Source: Lobosporangium transversale (lineage: Eukaryota). From it: a stretch of 64,000 nt of DNA. The translations under genes and the position numbers were made by a program. This document shows positions 22,448-32,638 of the stretch, piece by piece. Below the pieces are notes generated by a model. The model ran no database searches and was not told the origin of the DNA. It was given only the letters and a program-made list of their open reading frames with translations. The stretch is from NCBI RefSeq assembly GCF_002105155.1, contig NW_019028996.1:620001-684000 (forward strand). The letters run 5' to 3'. The number at the start of each line of letters is the position of its first letter. The first letter of the stretch is position 1.

Positions 22448-25400
22448 TTACCAAGCGAGTTCGCTGTCATCACCGCAATTGCTCTTGGATGATGTCTTGG
22501 CCTCGCTACCACAGCTGGAAGCAGATTTGGACTCTGGTGCAGTTGCAACACGGAAGAGCTGCTTGCCGTACTTCTTATACATCTCTGTAACACCACCTCC
22601 TGCCAAGAGACGCTCCTCCATCAATGACAAGCCAAAAGGATACTCCTGACCGCCACAATGGACCTTGCGCTCCTTGACATCAATTGCAACTTCAGCTCCC
22701 TCCTGTGCATGCTCATAGAAAGACTCGTCATCAATCGTGATTCCAAGAAGCGACATATTGGGCTGGTTTCGAGCATAAATAAAGGCGTACGACTTGGCGA
22801 TGACAGCCTTGACACCCGCACCAAGAAGTGCACGGGGTGCTTCTTCACGAGACGAACCTGAACCAAAACCAGCACCACCAACCACGATATCATACCCTTG
22901 CTTGACCAATTCACGGAACTCAGGCTTGACAAACTGGAAGGCGTGAGTGCCCAGGTCTACATCCGAAGTGCCTGGCATGAACTGTGCAGGAATGATTGCA
23001 TCCGTGTCGATATTGTCCTCGAAGCGTTGAACACGGCCCTTAATGGTAGCCGAGAATGATGGTGGGGGAGGAGGAAGGGAGGTATCAGATGTCTTTTCAT
23101 CGTAGTAAACTGGAGCAGGTTCAGAGTAAACAACAGGCTTGCCCTTCTCAATCCACATCTCCAACATTTCCTCATAGCGAGCACGATCAATGGCATCCAA
23201 AAGATCACGAGGGTTGCGGATCTTCATATCAAATGATGAAGCAGCGACTGTGGCAGCAGAAGCAAGGTTACCGATGGCGCCTTTGCCCATACGGTTGCGG
23301 AAATTGCGGTTCTGAGAAGACAACCAGATCTCGCCCTCTCCAGCTTGATCTGCAGCGACAGCAATGCAGTACGAGCACCCAGGAGCACCAATCTCGAAAC
23401 CGGCCTGTTCGTAAATCTTAAGCAGGCCCAAGCGACGAAGTTTGGCAACGATGGGTACAGAGCCGGGTGTAACCTTACGCTTACCGCCCAAAGCAGGAAC
23501 AAGCCCCTTCTTGAGACCAGCCTCCAAGACCAATGCAGCCAAAATCAAATCTTCCTCAGCGGTGGTGCAAGCTCCAATGAAGCATCCGTCCAATTTAGTT
23601 CCAGCGCACGCATCGACAGAGACGCAGTTGTCAGGGTCAGGGTAGAGTGCAACCAATGAGTCAACCTTGGACAAGTCAATGATGTGAGTCTCTGCATAAT
23701 GTGCATCCTCATCAGCCTTGAAATAGAGTGCGGCGTTCTTGTGTTGTGGGTTCTTACGTTTAGCAATATAAGCAGCAGTGATCTCATCTGCCTCGCAAAC
23801 GCCAGCAATACCACCAAATTCAGTCGCCATATTGGCCAATGCAAATCGAGCATCACAAGACAAATGCTTCAGTCCAGGACCAGTGTACTCGACAGAGCGT
23901 TCGAAAGCAACAGTGTTTCGCTTGAGCTGTTGAAGCACATAGAGAATAGCATCCTTTCCACCAATGCCAAAAGGGGGTTGGTTGATGAAGCGAATCTCGA
24001 CAGTCTCTGGAACTTTGAACCATGTCTCCCCAGTGACCAAGGGCATGACCACATCTGCAGCACCAAGTCCAACAGCGAAGGCACCAACCGCTCCGGCTGA
24101 ACAAGAGTGAGAGTCTGCACCAATAATTAGTTGTCCAGGTTGAGCGCGCTCGCGGTAGAACTCAGTGTGGAGGATAGAATAGTTGGCGCCATAGAAATCA
24201 ATTAATTTTGCCTCTTTTGCGAAATCGGTTGAGGCCTTGATCAGCTCCTGAGGCTTTGGGAGGTGATTGATACTAGGATCGACAGTGTGGTCAATCGCCA
24301 GCCAGAAGCGATCGTTACGGTAGACACTGGGACGACCCATTTGGTCGTAGGTCTTGTCCATGCCCTTCCAAGTCAATTCTGAGGCCAAAGTCCAGTCTAC
24401 AGATACACATACCATATCGCCCGGCTTGACATTTCCAGGAGCAGAAAGTCCAATGGCGTTGTGAGCAATGATTTTTTCCGAGATGGTCATGCCCCGACGA
24501 CCTTGAGGACGTGTCAATGTCAGAGGACGTACAATGGGTGCGCCTTCAGCAGCATTTAGACCAAAGAGTTCTTTTTCGAGAACCTCCAAAATCTTGTCAC
24601 CTATTTCCTTTGTGGTCTTGTCGCCACCCAAATCGCGAGTGCGGTAAGCGTATCCAGCACGATCAGCATCATCCAAGACCTTGCGCACAGAGTCCTCAAT
24701 GGCAACAGCCTCGGCTTCCAGATCCAAGGAATAGCGCAACAACATCGCGGCAGACAAAATGGTTCCGACGGGATTTGCAACACCCTTTCCAGCGATATCG
24801 GGAGCCGAACCATGGATGGGCTCATAGACACCCAAGCAAGGCTTGCCCTTCTCAGGAAGCCCATTCAAAGAAGCTGAAGGCAAGAGGCCAAGGGAGCCAG
24901 GGATGACGGAGGCCTCATCAGAAAGAATATCGCCAAACATATTTTCGGTCAAAATAACACCATTCAAGCTGCGAGGGTTCTTGACAAGGAACATGGCGGC
25001 AGAATCGACCAAATGGTGATCAACCTTGAGCTGCGGGAACTCTTTTTCAATAACTTCGGTGACAGTCTTGCGCCAGAGACGAGAGGAAGCCAAGACGTTA
25101 GCCTTATCGATCGAGTGAATGGGCCAAACAGGATCGTGCTGGAGAGCCAAAGCAGCAGCCAAGCGGGTGACACGCTCGACCTCAGCTCGCGAGTAGGGAA
25201 GAGTATCATAAGCCTGGCCATCTTCCTCTGTTGCTTCCTTGCGATCACCAAAGTAGATACCGCCGACAAGTTCACGGATCATCATAAAGTCGACGCCTTT
25301 GACGATGGACTCTTTGAGAGGAGAGTGAGAGATCAAAGCATCAGAGGCGAATGTGCAGGGGCGGAGATTGGCGTACAAATCAAGGCTCTTCCTGAGGGCA

Positions 25401-25841
25401 AGCAATCCTTGTTCGGGTCTGGGGTTTCCTGTTGCCCACTTGGGGCCTCCTACTGCTCCAAGAAGAATAGCATCGGCAGACTTGCATGATGCGAGGGCTT
25501 CTTCTGTAAGCGCGGTGCCTGTTTAGAAAAAGGAAAAAAGAGAGATTAGAAAGCACGTCACGTTTAGTTATCTTTAAATTGTTTCACACACTTTGGTTCA
25601 GACATTTTTTACAAAAAAAAAAAAAAAAAAAAAAGATGTGGGACGCGGAGGCCAGGACAAACATACCAGTGGCATCAATGGATGCACCTCCGATCAATTC
25701 TTCCTTAAAAGTAATGTCAACTTTATGTGATCTGATCTTGGCTACCAACTCGAGGACACGCTTGGCCTCGGCGATGACTTCAGGACCTACGCCATCGCCG
25801 GGCAAGAGGACAACTGTGGATTTTTTTGGAGAGACAGCCAT
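22448..25841 (-). CDS. Fusion protein: 3-isopropylmalate dehydrogenase (LeuB/Leu2) + type-2 LeuC/HacA-like aconitase-family large domain + LeuD/HacB-like swivel domain, ~1081 aa, 2 exons
   Basis: Exon 1 25841-25667, exon 2 25518-22448. IPMDH motifs: [59 protein letters not shown]. Large domain: [36 protein letters not shown]. Swivel domain: [22 protein letters not shown]. No stop or intron between the domains. Confidence 0.93.
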
Positions 25842-26596
25842 GTGTGGGATATTCTTTCTGTAAATGGGAGTGTAGGTAGAAGTATGTAATATGAAGGAAA
25901 ATTACTTGTTGTGTGAATGTGATGAGTGTCGTTAAACAAGGCGATCAGGGCAACAGTACGATGGAGATATTCGTCATAGGATGCAATAAAATAAAAAGAG
26001 GTGTAAATCAATTTAGATCAAGATGGGAATAAAGGAAAAAAAGGATAGGATAAGCAAAAGAGAAGAAGGAGGAGAAAAAGAGAGTGAGGAATGAAAGAGA
26101 GAGGAAAGAAAGAAGAGGTGGTTTAAATAAGAGTGGTAACGCAAGATGGCCGAGTTTTGATTGCCCAATGAGGCATCCTTTTGCCGAGTAAGCCAAACAA
26201 GCAATGCATGATATGAGTGATGTGACCCATCTGACTTGACCTGTCTGACTGATTTTACTCGCCACTTGTCCGGGTCCGATAAATCATTTGCACACAAAAT
26301 AACAAAAAAACGGGGACAAATAGATTTGATCATACTCAAAACCTTATTTTTTCAGTCATCTTACATGTATATTTATTCCGAGGCATTCAAATCTTGTTAA
26401 ATATATTTATATATACTTGTATCTACTCTTATATATATATATATATAATATATTTTCCTTCAGTCTTCCAATTATAACATGAGGGAGTGTTGAAGCGTAA
26501 GGCATTAGATAGTTATCTGGACAGAGGTTTTATATGTATATATTTCTAAGATGTAGACCAATTAAAGAAACTAAATCGCATAAAGAAAAAAAAGAT

Positions 26597-27821
26597 CTAT
26601 CCTGGTGGGAGCAATGATGCATCAACGCCAGACCCTTCGTCCTGGGGCTCCTCCATTTCATTGTCATGGCGATCGTAAATAGGGGAGCGAGGCATAGCCA
26701 TCATACCGCTTCTAGCAGCTTCCAAAATACCAAAAGGCTTGACTAACTTTATGAAAGAATCCACACGATCTGGCTTTGCAGACAGCTCAATCACAATGCA
26801 ATCCCCGCTCACATCCACAACCTTGCCTTGGAACAGCTTGGTCAACTCTGTTAGTGACTTCAGGTGAGCATGTGTCTGACGGAGTGCATTTGAAGGCGTC
26901 ATCTCTTCTTCAGCCTCCTCCTGCACAAGTTGCCAATTGGGGGAACGTGAGTTCATCTGAGCACGGACGTGCTCAGGTCCCAAAATCGAGACCTTGATCA
27001 GAAGCAGCTCGCGTTGAATAACCTTGAATCCAGTATAATCCAACACTGCCCATACGGGCACCTTTTTTTTTACAATAATAAAATAAAAATAAAAATAAAT
27101 AAATAAATAAAAACACGTAATAAACATGGTAAAAGTCAGCAACTCGGCCCGATCGCGTTAAGCAATATTTTTTTCTTTCAAAAATGAAAACAACAACAAA
27201 AAAAAAAAAAAAAAAAAAAAAAAAAACGCTTACAAGATCTTCAAGTTGTCTCCTGGCTTGCTCAATGGTGCCAGATTCACCTCTCAGAACAATTGTCATC
27301 CGACTAAGATCTGCAACCTCTGTCTTGGCTACCACCAACGAGTCAATATTAAACCCCCTGCCTGCCAGGATCCCTGAAACGCGACTCAAGACACCAGGTT
27401 CGTTCTGGACAAGACAATTAAAAATATGTCGCTGTTTCGTGACACGGTGTCCAATCGGTGGGGTATTGTACAAAATGTTGGATACTGCCTCTTCTGCTGA
27501 GGGTGGTGCTGGGTGTAAATAATCTGATGTCAATGCAGGATGGCGCTTGTGAGGGTGAGATCGCTTGTAAGAAATGGCGGAAGTCGACGATGAGGATTGA
27601 CGGAGAAATGTCGTGGAGCTAACCATGGGACGTTGAAGCCTCGCTGCAGAGGGAGCAGTGGCCTATCCGTGAAACAAAGGCCGATATATTAAAACAATCA
27701 GCCTTCAAATAGTTAATGCCGAGCCATTAATACCATTGATCCAGACATGCTTGTGTGATAGAGAGAATTTTACCGATGGTGCCACTCTGAAAGCAGAATA
27801 AAGGATCCTGCTGGTCCACAT
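26597..27821 (-). CDS. ILV6: Acetolactate synthase small (regulatory) subunit, mitochondrial, 3 exons
   Basis: ACT domain NCLVQNEPGVLSRVSGILAGRGFNIDSLVV; QARRQLEDL|VPVWAVLDYT; FGILEAARSGMMAMPR; C-terminal DASLLPPG; presequence MWTSRILYSAFRVAPS. Confidence 0.95.
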
Positions 27822-28137
27822 GGTGTAGGAGTGGCGGATAAAGGTGTTGGGAGGGAGTAAATAGGATTTAGAAAGAAGAAAAAAAAAAAAAAAAAAAAAA
27901 AAGAATGAAGAGAAATGTTAAAGAGAACGATTCACTACAATTCCAGAATATGTTGATATAGTTTAACTTAAAGTATGCACCATTGAGCCTTATGCAAAAA
28001 TGAGTAATCGAAAGTTACGTTAACTTGAGTATGACATCTTTGACACATAGTCTAGAACCAATCACAGCCTGGTTTGCACGTTTAAGATTACTCTGTGCTC
28101 CACTCACTGTAATCTAAATATTTTATTTTTTTTAATT

Positions 28138-30144
28138 TTAGTTGTTCCATTTGAGCTCACCCTGTGGACCCTTGCTGACTTTGCGCGACAGTACCTCCAA
28201 AACCTTCTCCCGAACACCAATCTTGCCTCCACTCTTCTTCACGCAGACATCCACAACTTCATCCACAGTCAACTGAAGAGGCCCGCTGCCCTGGGCTTCA
28301 CCTGTTACAATCTTACGAATCTCGTTTTCAGAAGGAAGACCATACCGTCTATAAGGATACTCGCTCCAGGTTGTGGTGCTTGACAATGACAAAGGCTTAG
28401 GGGCCTGATTTCTAAAGTACACACCTAACATTTGCTCGCGATCTACATCCTCCACTGTAGCGGGGCTCCACTTGGGTTTCAGGGTCTTTTCGATAAGTAA
28501 AGCTTTGACACCTTCGGGGAAATCATGTCCATACAAGAACTGACGAGCCAACTGATGCTCCATTCTGAAACAGTCAGCAATACCTAAGTTGCCACCCTCA
28601 CGGATCTGCTGAAGAGTAACCTTGAGAGAAGTGGGTGACATGATGCGAAGAGCATTCAACGTTTCTTCTGCAAAAGGCGTCTTCTCCTTCTCCAATGCAG
28701 CAATGATATCTTCGACAGTGTTGAAGCGGAAGCAGCGGTCAATAGCGTCTCGATATTCTGAAAGTGCATACTTATGATCGTGAAGAGGTTCGCTGACAAA
28801 GTCCTCGATAGCCATATTGATCACGTCGTGATTATCAGTCTCTAGCTCGCTCAAACGATCTTCTAGTGCAGTCAAACGCTCCGAAGGAACGTAATGAGTA
28901 GCAATTCCAGCATAACTATTTTTCAAATTCAATAATCATTTCAGATATATCAACGTCAATATTGTCATCCAGGTTTGTATATCCAGCGCCGCAGTAGTAT
29001 TCGAAGTATGTCGCTCTATACTTACAGAGTGTCAATGCCTTTTAGACGAGTGCCAACAAGGCCGAGATAAGTACCAGTTTCACCATCCAAACGAGGTAAA
29101 AAGAAAGAACCTCCGACATCCGGGAACAAACCAATATTAGTCTCTGGCATAGCAAACAAGGTCTTTTCAGTTGCAATTCTGAATGGCGCATGTACAGAGA
29201 GACCAACGCCACCGCCCACTATAACATTTCAAATTAAAAGCATCTTTTAGCTCACCGTCTTCTTTCTATGAACAATTGAGGAAAAAAAATCTTGGAAACA
29301 GTAACGACGCAAAAGACTAAATCTCTTACTTGTAATGCCATTAAGAATAGCTACGAAAGGTGTCTTCAACGTAGCAATCATGTGGTTCAATCTATACTCC
29401 TCTGCAAAAAAATCCAGTGCTTCGTCATGCTTTCCAGCGTTGGCTAGCTCAACAACCTGTCGAACATCACCTCCTGCACAGAAAGCCTTCTCGCCGGCTC
29501 CTTTGATAACAATAACTTTGCACAAGTCCGAAGCATCCCATGCCTGCAAACATATATATTTAAAAGTCGCCACATGTAGGCATATCAAATGCGTTAGAAA
29601 TATCCAAACTAGAGCCTTGCTTGTCTTACCACAGTTAGCTAGTCTCATCATTTAAAATGCAATCTTGGCTTTTGCCTTACCTGAAGTTGAGGAGTCATAT
29701 TTCGCACCATACTCAAGTTGAGTGCATTAAGTGCCTTGGGACGGTTAAGAATAAAGGTCCGACTAGAAAGATGCTTGCGATGCAGAACGTCAGCCTATAG
29801 GAAGAAGAGAAATATAGTACATTCAACTGCCATGTTGCATCAAACTCCTAATTTTGTGTGCACCCATTTGATTAAGATATTCCTGTTATACCTCGATGGG
29901 ATCTTCCTTTGCTGCAGTTGTTGACATCTATAGTAATTGAAACAAAAAATTCAATGTCGCGTGTCAAAGACACAAATCTTGACCATACTTTAATAACTAA
30001 CCCATGTCAGCAAGATTTCTGTAATAGATCACTCACATTGACTCGTGTGCCGAGCCAGCCGTTAATCATGTGAACGCGACGCTGCGCTACAATGGAAGAG
30101 GATGTCCTTGAGGCAGCAGCTACACGGAATGTCTGACGCAGCAT
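28138..30144 (-). CDS. EHD3: 3-hydroxyisobutyryl-CoA hydrolase (HIBCH/Ehd3, crotonase fold), mitochondrial, multi-exon
   Basis: [77 protein letters not shown]; presequence [13 protein letters not shown]. Confidence 0.92.
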
Positions 30145-30445
30145 TGTCGATGAGAATGAGTTTGTTGGGTTGGAAAGCGACAAAAAAGCGGAAAGAAAAT
30201 GCAACTACTGATTTAAAGGTACGTTTGATTGTGGGAAAAACTGTTTATTCAAGCAGAACTCGTGACAGGAAAAGACAATAGACATTGGAAGTAACAGAAA
30301 AAACTTAATTCCAACTCGAGAAAGTACTAGACCAATTTTTAAATATTTACAAGCACATTGTTATTTCTCTATTTATTTTATCTTTTTAAACAGCATATTG
30401 TACAGGTAGTTGTTCAAGCAGGCAGGTTCCGACAAGTGAGTTATT

Positions 30446-31744
30446 TTACTGGTTCTCGGGACGCAACTGACGGACAGCCTTACCAGCGCGCCACATCTCG
30501 TGGTTAGCGATCTCAGCAAGCTCTGCTTCAAGCTCAGCACGGTAGTTTGGTGCAGAGTTCTTGGTCAATGACCTTCTAGTCTCGGTTCCATTTGCCACTG
30601 ATTCGTACAATTCCTCGAAGATAGGCTTGGAGGCATCATGGAACTTCTTCCACCAATCAAGAGCACCACGCTGGGCAGTTGTAGAGCAGTTAGCGTACAT
30701 CCAGTCCATGCCGTTGGCGCCGATCAAGGGATAAAGAGATTGAGTAGCTTCTTCAACAGTCTCGTTAAATGCCTCCGAGGGTGAGTGACCGCGAGCACGG
30801 AGAACATCATACTGAGCAACAAAGAGACCTTGAATTGCACCCATCAACACTCCTCGCTCACCGTACAGATCAGAATAGACTTCCTGTTTGAACGTGGTCT
30901 CATAAAGGTAACCAGTACCAACACCAACACCAAGGGCTACAGCGCGCTCTTTGGCCTTTCCAGAGACGTCCTGATAAACCGCAACAGATCCGTTGATGCC
31001 ACGGCCTTCAAGGAAGAGGTTACGAACAGTCGTTCCGGAACCTTTAGGAGCAACCAGGATAACATCAATGTCCTCGGGAGGGACAACACCGGTGTCTTCG
31101 GAGTAAATAACCGAGAATCCATGCGAAAAGTAGAGGGTTTTTCCCTTTGTGAGGTAAGGCTTGATTTCGTTCCAAAGCTTGGACTGCGCGGCATCTGAAA
31201 GCAAGTTCATGATGACAGTTCCACGATCGCATGCTTCTGTGATCTCAAACAAGTCCTTGCCAGGAACCCAACCTTCTGAAACAGCCTTGTCCCAAGAAGC
31301 GCCCTTTCGGCATCCGATAATGACATTCAACTTGTTGTCACGAAGGTTGAGCGCTTGGCCGCGACCCATTGGGCCATATCCTAGAACAGTGAGGGTGTCG
31401 TTCTTGAAGGTCTCTTGGAGCTTGCTAGGTGGGTAATCACTACGTTCATAGACAATCTCTTTCGTACCGCCAAAGTCCATGGTCTTGAGACCACGTGTCT
31501 GAGCGAAAGCAACCTGTAGAATGAATCAGTTATTGTAATTAGTTAATCAGCCAGGAGTAAGGATGGTGGATGTTTGGTTGTTGTCACAGAATAGATTTTG
31601 ATGATCTATCGATTATACCTTGCAGGCAGTGGCTCGGGGGATCTGAGAAATAGCAGTGGAGCGGGCTACCATGGAAAAGGAGCGAGAAGCAGGAGCAGCG
31701 ACGCGAGTCAACTGACGGAAAGCGGAACGAACAGCAAAGCTCAT
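30446..31744 (-). CDS. ILV5: Ketol-acid reductoisomerase, mitochondrial, 2 exons
   Basis: Presequence MSFAVRSAFRQLTRVAAP; QTRGLKTMDFGGTKEIVYERSDYP; LYFSHGF; VAPKGSG; SDLYGERGVLMG; HSPSEAFNETVEEATQSLYPLIG; VRQLRPEN. Confidence 0.97.
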
Positions 31745-32638
31745 GGTGATATAGAAAATAGGGTCAGGAAGCTCAGGTACTTGTAGAGATTTTAATGAGA
31801 AAAGGAGTGGGTGAATGAGAACAAAGAAATGAAAAGAAAGGGGGGAAAGCAGGGTTTAAATATCTGCCGTTGGATCCAAAACGAGAGATGATCGTCTGGA
31901 CTAAATTAAGAGCATTTTGATCCATACGATAGGATGAAGATTTGAACTGGATCTTTTAGCAGGAAGGATCCCATGTTGAGAGCACCATTCCACGGAAGGA
32001 AAAAAATGTGCATGAATGCGGGCAGTAAGATCAACGAATAGAGACCATTGTTAAGATAAATAGCACTTATTCTCACTTTTATTGAATAACACTTATATAT
32101 ATAGCATAAATAACCGTGCACTAAGATGGTTAACTTAAGTCTATTATCGGTCTTGAAGCAGAGGAGCGATGATTGGTTGATGGAAATGAGTAATGTGAGT
32201 GCAGATTGGTGTAACAGATTAGAGATTAGAGTCAACTTTGTCAACAGCACATGAAAATGTTTTTTTTGCACTTGTCCAATCCAATCAACACTTCTCCACT
32301 CTTTCTCGATAACGCTAATCGTTGATCCGTGCAATCATCAACATTTAAAACGCTTCTAAATGTCTTCTCTCTCCCTTTCTTCTCACTAAAAAAAAACACT
32401 GTCAACACAATTGCCTTTTTTTTTTTTTTTTTTTTTTTTTTACTTCTTTCTCTCCTCTCCTCTCCTCCCTACTTCTCCTCCTCCTCCCTACTTCTCCTCT
32501 CTTCTTGCTTATCAGGCGTTGCTTTACAGCACATTCTTCGACTTGATATCACTCCCCTGCTGTTATAATACCCTCTTTTTCCTTTTTCTCTTTTATGCCA
32601 TATCTCATTACCCACAGCTTTTGATAAAATAACATAAA
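31745..32638. promoter_or_regulatory. Divergent ILV5/ILV2 promoter with Gcn4/CpcA-like ATGAGTAAT (32186-32194), several CCAAT/ATTGG boxes and pyrimidine tracts
   Basis: Head-to-head genes ~0.9 kb apart. Motifs are read directly from the sequence; their function is inferred. Confidence 0.55.
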
